Origin: Candidatus Nitrospinota bacterium M3_3B_026
GTDB lineage: Bacteria; Nitrospinota_A; UBA7883; JBPRGF01
DNA: 64,000 nucleotides
Assembly (NCBI GenBank): GCA_051418015.1
Contig: JBPRGF010000033.1
Span: 384,001 to 448,000 of the forward strand
Direction: 5' to 3'
In this document: piece after piece, positions 56,092-64,000 of the stretch
Position numbering within the stretch: the first letter of the stretch is position 1
How the letters are laid out: each line of letters begins with the position of its first letter
Made by a program: the position numbers and the translations under genes
The notes under the pieces: generated by a model
Seen by the model: only the letters and a program-made list of their open reading frames with translations
Databases searched by the model: none
Told to the model about the DNA's origin: nothing

Positions 56092-59000
56092 TTAATTCTT
56101 TGCCCCCTCCGCGTCGATACTCACGGCGCCGGCCTCGGCCGAACCTTCAAGCAGATATCCCAGAAATCCGCGGATGGCCCCGTACCTCGCCTTCCAGCAC
56201 GAGCCTTCGACCGTGAACTCCGCCGTCGTTTCCGAGGTGAACTTCAGCCTCCTTCCGAGCTCGTAGGCCGCCGTGACGGCAATATCCGGGCGCAATGGGG
56301 TGGACTTGTCGAAGCTCAGGATCAGCCTGTCCCGGATGACGTCCACCCTCTCCACTTTCAGTCTCTTGCAGAGCGCCCTTATCATCGCCACGGCCAGCAG
56401 CTTCTCCGTCTCCTCCGGCGGAGGGCCGAAGCGGTCTTTCATCTCCGCCTCCAGTTCCCGGACGTCCTCCGGGCCGGAGGCCTCGTTCAAGCGGTTGTAA
56501 AACTCCATGCGCTGGGTCAGGCCGGGGACATACTCCGGCGTGATCCTGCCGTCCAGGCCAAGATTCATGCTCACGTCGAATCGCTCCGGCGGCGCTTCGC
56601 CCTTCAGCTCGCGGATGGCGTCCTGGAGCATCTCGATGTAGGTGTCGAACCCCACCTCGTCGATGTGGCCGGACTGCTCCGATCCGAGCAGGTTGCCCGC
56701 GCCCCGTATCTCCATGTCCCTCGCCGCCAGCCGGAATCCGGAACCCAACTCCGAAAGCTCCTCTATCGCCTTGAGCCTCTTACGGGCGAGATCCTTGACG
56801 GAGGACAGGCCGGGTACCAGCAGGAGGCCGTAGGCCCTGTGCCTGTCCCGCCCCACCCGGCCGCGGAGCTGGTAGAGCTGGGCGAGGCCAAACTGGTCGG
56901 CCCTGTTGATGATTATGGTATTGGCGGAGGGGATATCCAGTCCAGACTCTATGATGGTAGTGCAGACCAGGACGTCGAATCGCCTGTCCAGAAAATAGGT
57001 CATCACCCGCTCCAGCTCCCGCTCCGGCATCTGGCCGTGGGCGGCGGCCACGCGGGCCTCGGGGACGACGTTTTGGACGTACCGGGCCATCTTGTGTATG
57101 GACAGGACCTTGTTGTGGACGAAGAAAACCTGCCCTCCCCTGTCCATCTCCCGCAGGACCGCCTCGCGGATCACATTGTCCGAGAATTTCGTTATGACGG
57201 TCTTTATCGACATCCTGGCCGGCGGCGGCGTCTCTATCACCGACAGGTCGCGTATCCCCAGCATGGCGGTGTGCAATGTCCTGGGGATGGGCGTCGCGCT
57301 GAGCGTGAGGACGTCCACGCCCCGGCTTATGGCCTTCAGCCTCTCCTTGTGGGCGACACCGAAGCGCTGCTCCTCGTCTATTATGACCAACCCGAGGTTT
57401 TTGAACTTCACGTCTCTTTGCAGCAGCCTGTGGGTGCCGATGAGGATATCCACCATGCCGGCGGCGGTCCGCTCCAGGATATCCTTCTGCTCCTTCGCGG
57501 ACTTGAACCTGCTGATGAACTCCACCGAGACGGGAGTGGCCTTGAACCTTTCGGCGAAGGTCTGGTAATGCTGCTGGGCCAGCAGCGTCGTCGGGACAAG
57601 AGCGGTCACCTGCCCGCCGTCGTACACAGCCTTGAAAGCGGCGCGCATGGCGACCTCTGTCTTGCCGTAACCCACGTCACCGCATATCAGCCTGTCCATC
57701 GGCTTCGGGCTCTCCATATCCGCCGCCACGTCCCGGCAGGCGGCAAGCTGGCCCTCCGTCTCCTCGTATTCAAACGAGTCCGCGAACTCACGGTGGAACG
57801 CGCCGTCCGGCGAGCAGGCGCGGCCCTCCTTTATTTCCCGGGCGGCGTGTATCTTGAGGAGCTTTTCCGCCATCTCCATCACGCTCTTTTTCACCCTCGA
57901 CCTGGTTTTTCTCCAGGTCGCGCCGCCCATCTTGTCGAGCTTGGGGTTCTGCCCCCCGCCGCCGTGATATTTCTTGAGCAGGTGTATGTTGTAAAGAGGC
58001 AGGAAGAGCTTCTGGCGGCCGGCGTATTCTATCTCCAGGTACTCGCCGGGCGTGTCGCCTATCGTCATCTCGGCGTTCCCCACGTAGCGGCCCACGCCGT
58101 GGAGGCGGTGCACCACGAGGTCGCCTTCCTTCAGGTCCTCCACGCCCGTCTCGAAGGCCCGCCCGGGACGACGGACCCTGTGGCGGACGGCGGGAGCCTT
58201 GCCGAATATCTCGTCCTCGGTCATCACCGCCCACCTGTCGGAAGGGATCACGAAGCCGGAGGCGAGCTTCCCGGCCGTTATGTAAAGGTTTTCCTCGTAA
58301 ATGTCACGCTGGGGCGAGGTCAGGCTCTCCACCATCCGCTTGAGACCTTCCGCCGTGAGCGTCCCCGCGCCGAGCCCTTCCTCCCGCAAAATCCTGGAGA
58401 GTCTATCGGCCCCTCCCCTGGAAGAGGCGGCCAGGATGACGGTATAGCTTTCGGATATCTTTTCGCGCAGGTCGGAGACGAACGCCCGCATGTCGCCCCC
58501 GTGGCGGGTTGAGGAGCGGGCGGGGATGATGAAGGTTCTTTCGTCACCGTCCTCGACGGCCAACTCGCGCATGGCCAGGAGCCCGCCGCCCGCTATGGCG
58601 CTCTCGAGCCTTTCTTTTTCAAGGAACAGGTTTTCCGGCGGCGGCGCGATCCTCCCCTCATCCCTGGAGACGGCGCGCTCTTCCTCAATCAGGGACTGGA
58701 AAGACTCAAGCTGCTTTTCAATGTTGTCCGGCTCGTCCTGGATTATCGCGGCGGAGGGGGGGAGATAGTCGAAAATGTCCGCCCCATCGGGAAAAAACAG
58801 GGGGTAGAGCGACTCCATCCCATCGAAAAAAACACCTTCCCGCAAAGCCTCTTCGACCTCGGCGAGCTGCCCCTCCGGCGCCCCGTGTTCCCCGGCGCGC
58901 TCTCGCAGGCCCAGGGCCAGCTTGTCCCTTTCCCGGCCATGATAGAAAACTTCCCGGAACGGGAGTACGACCGTTCTGTCCGTTTCCTCCACGGAGCGCT

Positions 59001-59628
59001 GGTTGTCCGGGTTGTAGAACCTAACGGACTCCACCTCGTCTCCGAAAAGCTCTATCCGGACAGGCAGCCGGCCAGCGCCGGAAAAGATGTCGACAATCCC
59101 CCCACGGATGGAGAACTCCCCCCTCTCCGCGGCCACGGGGGCTCTTGTGTATCCCAGGGACACGAGCCGTTCCGCCAGGCGCTCAAGTCTCAGCATGTCG
59201 CCGGTTTTCACCTTCAGCGCGGCCCGGCGCAGAACCTCCGGGGGAACGGTCCTGCGCGCCATGGCCTCCACGGTGGTGACAAGGACGAACCTGTCCGGCG
59301 CCGCCAGCAGTTCCGAAAGCGTCAAAAGCCTCTGGCCGGCGATTTCCGGGTGCGGCGGCGTCTCCTCGTACGGCAGAACCTCCCACTGGGGGTAGTAATA
59401 GACCGGCGCCGCGCCCGTTCCCATGGGCATGAAAAACTTCAGCGTCTCGAAAAACTCCTCCGCCCTCGACGCCTTGTCGACGACCACCACAACGGGCCTT
59501 GCGAGCCTCTCCACGAGCGTCGCCGCGACGAGCCCCTTCGCGGAGGACGCCAATCCGTTTATGGAGACAGGCCCGGCGCTGGCGCCGATTTTTTCAATGA
59601 CTGTTTCCAGCCCGTAAAGTGATATCAT
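56092..59628 (-). CDS. mfd: Transcription-repair coupling factor
   Basis: RGGIVDIF, GDVGYGKTEVAMRAAF, DEEQRFGV, SATPIPRTL, QLRGRVGR, RGAGNLLG. Confidence 0.97.
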   Translation of the reverse strand: MISLYGLETVIEKIGASAGPVSINGLASSAKGLVAATLVERLARPVVVVVDKASRAEEFFETLKFFMPMGTGAAPVYYYPQWEVLPYEETPPHPEIAGQRLLTLSELLAAPDRFVLVTTVEAMARRTVPPEVLRRAALKVKTGDMLRLERLAERLVSLGYTRAPVAAERGEFSIRGGIVDIFSGAGRLPVRIELFGDEVESVRFYNPDNQRSVEETDRTVVLPFREVFYHGRERDKLALGLRERAGEHGAPEGQLAEVEEALREGVFFDGMESLYPLFFPDGADIFDYLPPSAAIIQDEPDNIEKQLESFQSLIEEERAVSRDEGRIAPPPENLFLEKERLESAIAGGGLLAMRELAVEDGDERTFIIPARSSTRHGGDMRAFVSDLREKISESYTVILAASSRGGADRLSRILREEGLGAGTLTAEGLKRMVESLTSPQRDIYEENLYITAGKLASGFVIPSDRWAVMTEDEIFGKAPAVRHRVRRPGRAFETGVEDLKEGDLVVHRLHGVGRYVGNAEMTIGDTPGEYLEIEYAGRQKLFLPLYNIHLLKKYHGGGGQNPKLDKMGGATWRKTRSRVKKSVMEMAEKLLKIHAAREIKEGRACSPDGAFHREFADSFEYEETEGQLAACRDVAADMESPKPMDRLICGDVGYGKTEVAMRAAFKAVYDGGQVTALVPTTLLAQQHYQTFAERFKATPVSVEFISRFKSAKEQKDILERTAAGMVDILIGTHRLLQRDVKFKNLGLVIIDEEQRFGVAHKERLKAISRGVDVLTLSATPIPRTLHTAMLGIRDLSVIETPPPARMSIKTVITKFSDNVIREAVLREMDRGGQVFFVHNKVLSIHKMARYVQNVVPEARVAAAHGQMPERELERVMTYFLDRRFDVLVCTTIIESGLDIPSANTIIINRADQFGLAQLYQLRGRVGRDRHRAYGLLLVPGLSSVKDLARKRLKAIEELSELGSGFRLAARDMEIRGAGNLLGSEQSGHIDEVGFDTYIEMLQDAIRELKGEAPPERFDVSMNLGLDGRITPEYVPGLTQRMEFYNRLNEASGPEDVRELEAEMKDRFGPPPEETEKLLAVAMIRALCKRLKVERVDVIRDRLILSFDKSTPLRPDIAVTAAYELGRRLKFTSETTAEFTVEGSCWKARYGAIRGFLGYLLEGSAEAGAVSIDAEGAKN

Positions 59629-59805
59629 TCCCCATTGCTATCGTTAATCGTTAAAACCTCCGGACGGAGCTTTGGCCGGGGAGCCAGGCCCGTCCGTCAT
59701 TCCCGGCCGCCACCCGGCGGAACATGTTGCGTTTATTCCTTCCATTATGTTCTAATTTCTTGTTATTGTCAGTTAAAGATGACGCGCCGCGCAAGCGGCG
59801 GGAAA

Positions 59806-59899
59806 AACACATGTTTTCCGATCCTCCACGGCGGCGGGTGCGGCTTTTCTCAAAAAAGGCCGTTCGCCGGGAGGAGATGACGAAAACAGAGGAAACAAC
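59806..59899 (+). ncRNA. rpsB 5' leader (t44/S2 autoregulatory-like structure)
   Basis: tgttttc/gaaaaca and tcctcc/ggagga stems, GGGTGC internal element, CACA at the 5' side and GAGG..AAC at the 3' side, upstream of rpsB. Confidence 0.6.
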
Positions 59900-59923
59900 T
59901 TGCTGGAAGGAGATTTTCAGACC

Positions 59924-60832
59924 ATGACGGAGCCATCCCCGGACATTTCCATCAGGACTTTAATGGAGGCCGGCGTCCACTTCGGCCACCAGACAAAACG
60001 CTGGAACCCGAAAATGCGAAAGTACATTTTCGGGTCGCGAAACGGCATCAACATTATCAACCTGAGAAAGACCGCCCCCCTTCTCGGCAAGGCGCTGGAG
60101 TTTTCAAAAAAGGTCGCCGCCGACGGAGGCAAGATCCTGTTCATAGGCTCCAAGCCCCAGGGCAAGGAGATCGTGAAGGAGGAGGCGATCCGCTGCGGGA
60201 TGCCGTACGCCACGGAGCGCTGGCTGGGCGGAATGCTCACGAACTTCGAGACCGTCAAGAAAAGCGTCGCCCGCCTGAGAGATCTCGACCAGATGGAAGA
60301 GGACGGCGCCTTCGAGGCATTGTCGAAAAAGGAGTCCGCCAAGCTGCAGAAGGAACGGGGCAAGCTTCTGAAGAACCTCGGCGGTGTGAAAGACATGGAC
60401 CGCCTCCCGGACGCTCTTTACATAGTGGATACCAAGAAAGAGAGCATCGCCCTGAAGGAGGGGCTGAAGCTTGGCATCCCGATAATCGCTATCGTGGACA
60501 CGAACTGCGACCCCGACGGCATAGAATACATCATCCCCGGAAATGACGACGCGGTGAAATCCATCCGGTTGGCGACCTCCGCCATAGCTGGAGCCATCAT
60601 GGAAGGCGTCAACGAGCATGGCATAAGGCAGAAGGCCCTGGCCGAGGAGATGGAGCGGGAGGCCGAAAGGAAGAAGGCCGAGGCAGAGGCCGCCAAAGCC
60701 AAGGCTGAGGCCGAAAAGGCTGCGGCGAAGAAGGAGGCAGAGGCCGAGCCCGTGGCCGCCCCATCCCAGGAAGAACAGCCGGAAGAGCGCAAGGACAAGC
60801 CCGAAGAATCGGAGGGGGAAAAGAAAGAGTAA
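59924..60832 (+). CDS. rpsB: 30S ribosomal protein S2
   Basis: [39 protein letters not shown]; long charged C-tail. Confidence 0.98.
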   Translation: MTEPSPDISIRTLMEAGVHFGHQTKRWNPKMRKYIFGSRNGINIINLRKTAPLLGKALEFSKKVAADGGKILFIGSKPQGKEIVKEEAIRCGMPYATERWLGGMLTNFETVKKSVARLRDLDQMEEDGAFEALSKKESAKLQKERGKLLKNLGGVKDMDRLPDALYIVDTKKESIALKEGLKLGIPIIAIVDTNCDPDGIEYIIPGNDDAVKSIRLATSAIAGAIMEGVNEHGIRQKALAEEMEREAERKKAEAEAAKAKAEAEKAAAKKEAEAEPVAAPSQEEQPEERKDKPEESEGEKKE

Positions 60833-60893
60833 AAAACCCCGAAAAGAGGCTTTTTTGATAACCTTAAGTTGACGGAGGAACCCAGAAGCCGAT

Positions 60894-61790
60894 ATGACCG
60901 TAACCGCTGAGATGGTAAAAGACCTGCGCAAAAAATCCGGCGTGGGAATAATGGAATGTAAAAGCGCCCTGAAAGAGGCCGGCGGCGACATGGACGCCGC
61001 CCTCGATATCCTGCGAAAGAAAGGCGCAGCCAAGGCCGCCAAGAAAGCTGACAGGTCCACCACGGAGGGGGCCATAGGTGGGGCCGTGAAGGGCAATGTC
61101 GCGGCCCTGGTGGAAGTCAGGTGCGAGACGGATTTCGTGGCCCGCAACGAGAATTTTCAAAAGCTTTGCGCGGCGCTGGCCGAGCACGTCGCCGCCACGG
61201 GCCTGGACGAGGACGACGACGCCTTCCTGGCCAGGCAGTACACCGGGGACACATCCAAAACCGTGAACGATCTTGTCACGGAGAAGATACAGGAACTGGG
61301 GGAGAACCTTACGATTGGCCGAAGGGTGAGGCTCGAGCGCTCCGGCGCCGGCGGTTTTGGAATGTACATCCACGCCGGTGGGGGCATGGCCGCCCTGGTG
61401 GAGGTGGACGCCGGCACTGAGGAGGCGGCGGCCTCTCCAGAGTTCGAGGGCGCTCTCAAAGACCTCGCCATGCAGGTGGTGGCCTCCAACCCCATCGCCG
61501 TCGGGCCGGATGACGTTCCGGAGGATGTTCTGGCCAAGGAAAAGGAGATATTTGAGGCCCAGGCTAAAGAGTCCGGCAAACCGGACAAGATAATCCCGAA
61601 GATAGTGGAAGGCCGCGTCAGGAAATTTTACACCGAGGCCTGCCTGCTGGAACAGCCTTTCGTGAAAGACACCGACAAGAGCGTCGGCCAGTGGCTCGGA
61701 GAGACCGGGAAAAAGCTGGGCGCGGAGCTGGCGGTGAGGAGGTTTTCACGGCTCCAGCTGGGAGAGGCGCCTGCGGGGATGAATGAATGA
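60894..61790 (+). CDS. tsf: Elongation factor Ts
   Basis: [41 protein letters not shown]. Confidence 0.98.
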   Translation: MTVTAEMVKDLRKKSGVGIMECKSALKEAGGDMDAALDILRKKGAAKAAKKADRSTTEGAIGGAVKGNVAALVEVRCETDFVARNENFQKLCAALAEHVAATGLDEDDDAFLARQYTGDTSKTVNDLVTEKIQELGENLTIGRRVRLERSGAGGFGMYIHAGGGMAALVEVDAGTEEAAASPEFEGALKDLAMQVVASNPIAVGPDDVPEDVLAKEKEIFEAQAKESGKPDKIIPKIVEGRVRKFYTEACLLEQPFVKDTDKSVGQWLGETGKKLGAELAVRRFSRLQLGEAPAGMNE

Positions 61791-62512
61791 GCGGTCATGA
61801 TCTGCCATATAAAAGAGTTCTTCTCAAAGTCACCGGGGAAGCGTTCGCCGAGGAAGGCTCACAGGGCATAGACGTCGAGGCTCTGCGTCACCTGGCCCTG
61901 GAGATAAAGGACGTGAACACCATGGGCGTCCAGGTGGCCGTAGTGGTGGGGGGTGGAAACATCTTCCGGGGCGCCGTGGCCAGCGAGGCCGGGATAGACC
62001 GTGTAACGGCGGACTACATGGGTATGCTGGGGACGATCATAAACGGCCTGGCCCTGCAGGACGCCCTGGAAAAGGAGAACTGCCAGACCCGGATGCTCAC
62101 CTCCATCGACATCCACCAGCTGGCCGAGCCCTATGTCCGCAGGCGGGCCGTCCGCCACCTGGAGAAAGGCAGGGTGGTGATCTTCGCCGGGGGGACGGGC
62201 AACCCCTATTTCACCACCGACACCACCGCCAGCCTGCGCGCCATGGAGATACAGGCGGACGTGATCCTGAAGGCCACCAAGGTGGACGGAGTGTACGACG
62301 CCGACCCCATGAAGGTCAGCTCCGCCAGGAAGTACAAGGAACTCAAGTTCATCGACGTGTTGAAGAACAACCTGCGGATCATGGACGCCGCGGCCATCTC
62401 CCTTTGCATGGAGAACCAGGTTCCCATAATAGTGTTCAACCTGAACGTGCCCGGGAACATAAGACGGGTGCTGCAGGGAGAAGAGATAGGAACAATAGTG
62501 AGAGGACTGTAA
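61787..62512 (+). CDS. pyrH: Uridylate kinase
   Basis: [34 protein letters not shown]. Confidence 0.98.
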   Translation: MSGHDLPYKRVLLKVTGEAFAEEGSQGIDVEALRHLALEIKDVNTMGVQVAVVVGGGNIFRGAVASEAGIDRVTADYMGMLGTIINGLALQDALEKENCQTRMLTSIDIHQLAEPYVRRRAVRHLEKGRVVIFAGGTGNPYFTTDTTASLRAMEIQADVILKATKVDGVYDADPMKVSSARKYKELKFIDVLKNNLRIMDAAAISLCMENQVPIIVFNLNVPGNIRRVLQGEEIGTIVRGL

Positions 62513-62513
62513 G

Positions 62514-63068
62514 ATGGAGCGCGTGTTCGAGGAGGCGAAGCGCAAGATGGACGTGAGCCTTGAGCATCTGGCGAAGGAGTTTTCCGGCGTGCGAACGGGA
62601 CGGGCCTCCGTCGGCCTGCTGGACGGGATCGAGGTGGACTACTACGGCGCCCAGACGCCGCTGAACCAGGCGGCCAACATCTCCACCCCGGACGCCCTGA
62701 CCATCGCCATACAGCCATGGGAGCAGAAGATGATTCCGGTCATCGAAAAGGCCATCATGGCCTCCGACCTTGGCCTCACTCCCGCCAACGACGGCAAGGT
62801 CATCCGTATCAACATCCCTCCACTCACCGAGCAGCGCCGCAAAGAGCTTGTAAAGCACGTCCGCAAGATCGCTGAGGACGCCAGGATCGCCATGCGAAAC
62901 GTCCGGCGAGACTGCATCGAAAAGATCAAAAAGCTCGAAAAGGACAAGGAAGTGTCCGAAGACGAGGCCCGCAAAGGCGCCGACACCGCTCAGAAGATCA
63001 TAGACGAGCACATCGAAATGGTGGACAAGATGACCGCCGATAAGGAAAAGGAGATCATGGCCCGGTAG
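62514..63068 (+). CDS. frr: Ribosome recycling factor
   Basis: VRTGRAS, DLGLTP.NDG, PPLTEQRRKEL, RNVRRD. Confidence 0.98.
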   Translation: MERVFEEAKRKMDVSLEHLAKEFSGVRTGRASVGLLDGIEVDYYGAQTPLNQAANISTPDALTIAIQPWEQKMIPVIEKAIMASDLGLTPANDGKVIRINIPPLTEQRRKELVKHVRKIAEDARIAMRNVRRDCIEKIKKLEKDKEVSEDEARKGADTAQKIIDEHIEMVDKMTADKEKEIMAR

Positions 63069-63086
63069 CCCGGGCGTGACGCGCGG

Positions 63087-63851
63087 ATGATGGCCCTGAA
63101 CAAACACGCGGCCGGAATAGACACCGCCCGCCTCCCCCGCCACGTGGCGATCATAATGGATGGCAATGGCAGGTGGGCGCGGAAAAAGGGCCTGCCCCGC
63201 GTGGCCGGGCACAGGGCGGGGGTCAAGACCGTGGACAGGATCGTGACTTTCTCCCGCGAGTTGGGAATAAAGGCCCTGACGCTCTACTCGTTCAGCTTTG
63301 AAAACTGGAGAAGGCCCCGGTCCGAGATCAGCGCGCTGATGGGCATCCTGAAAAAATACCTCGCCAGGGAGCTGCCAAGGATGATGAAGGAAAACATAAG
63401 GTTTAACATCATCGGCAGGCTGGACCTCCTCCCGGACACGGCCAGGAAGGCCGTCCATGACGCCACGCTGAAAACCAGGGACAACGACGGCATGACGCTG
63501 ACTCTCGCGCTCTCCTATGGCTCGCGGGACGAGATAACCCGCGCCGCGGTCAGGCTGGCCAGGGACATCCGGGAGGGCCTTGTCCGCCCGGAGGAGATAG
63601 ACGAAGAGAAGCTCTCCTCCTATCTCGACACAAGGGATCTGCCCGACCCGGACCTGCTCATCAGGACCAGCGGGGAGCTTCGGATAAGTAATTTCCTGCT
63701 CTGGCAGATAGCCTACGCCGAGCTTTACTTCACGGACAAGCTGTGGCCCGACTTCACCGCGGAGGACATGGCCGAGGCGATCCTTTCCTACCAGCGAAGG
63801 GAGAGGCGCTACGGCAGGACCACCGAGCAGGCTGCCCGGGGAGGCGGCTGA
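63087..63851 (+). CDS. uppS: Undecaprenyl diphosphate synthase
   Basis: HVAIIMDGNGRWA, FSFENWRRP, DLLIRTSGELRISNFLLWQ. Confidence 0.97.
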   Translation: MMALNKHAAGIDTARLPRHVAIIMDGNGRWARKKGLPRVAGHRAGVKTVDRIVTFSRELGIKALTLYSFSFENWRRPRSEISALMGILKKYLARELPRMMKENIRFNIIGRLDLLPDTARKAVHDATLKTRDNDGMTLTLALSYGSRDEITRAAVRLARDIREGLVRPEEIDEEKLSSYLDTRDLPDPDLLIRTSGELRISNFLLWQIAYAELYFTDKLWPDFTAEDMAEAILSYQRRERRYGRTTEQAARGGG

Positions 63852-63857
63852 CATCCC

Positions 63858-64000
63858 GTGACAAGGATCGCGAGCGGCCTGGCCCTGGCCGCGCTGGCGC
63901 TCGCGCTGATACTCCTGGGGTCGGCGGCTCATTTTTTCGCTGTCCTGGAGGCTGTGGCGGTCGTATGCCTGCTGGAGTTTTACGGCCTGCTCCGGGCCGG
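63858..64000 (+). CDS. cdsA: Phosphatidate cytidylyltransferase, 5' part (runs off the window)
   Basis: GTG start, MTRIASGLAL...CLLEFYGL; conserved position after uppS. Confidence 0.8.
   Translation, partial: MTRIASGLALAALALALILLGSAAHFFAVLEAVAVVCLLEFYGLLRA

Noticed and set aside
60833..60857. Terminator/attenuator between rpsB and tsf
   Set aside because: A and T tracts are present but the stem is very weak

Overview
GC-rich bacterial chromosome segment. The gene order and sigma54-driven flagellar cluster resemble Desulfobacterota/Nitrospinota; this is an inference, not a database result. Most of the window is housekeeping: exbBD, rfbBD, a NodIJ-like ABC exporter, transaldolase, accBC, gpmI, leuB-asd, cysC, msrAB, aconitase, the flagellar cluster motA-motB'-motB-fliLMN-fliOPQR-flhB-flhA-flhF-flhG-fliA, glgC, hisDC, a cysteine desulfurase with a PP-loop thiolase, two SurA-like PPIases, mfd and rpsB-tsf-pyrH-frr-uppS-cdsA. 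It also carries tRNA-Arg(CCT) with an adjacent integrase remnant. The most interesting locus is 3.2-4.8 kb: a sigma54 promoter with tandem enhancer-like sites and an IHF-like site precedes one OmcE-like (nanowire-type) pentaheme cytochrome c. The gene is bracketed by an ~85-bp direct repeat made of the 3' end of a paralogue and the 5' start of another, has a palindromic repeat translated in frame at its N-terminus, and has a compositionally distinct core. It looks like one unit of a cytochrome tandem array or an exchangeable cassette. Other signals are a 180-bp MITE with 16-bp TIRs and a 10-bp target duplication, an AATT-N6-AATT motif shared by an XRE regulator promoter and a diguanylate cyclase promoter, a second MotB lacking the ion-binding Asp, a very large FliO, and FleQ-like boxes.
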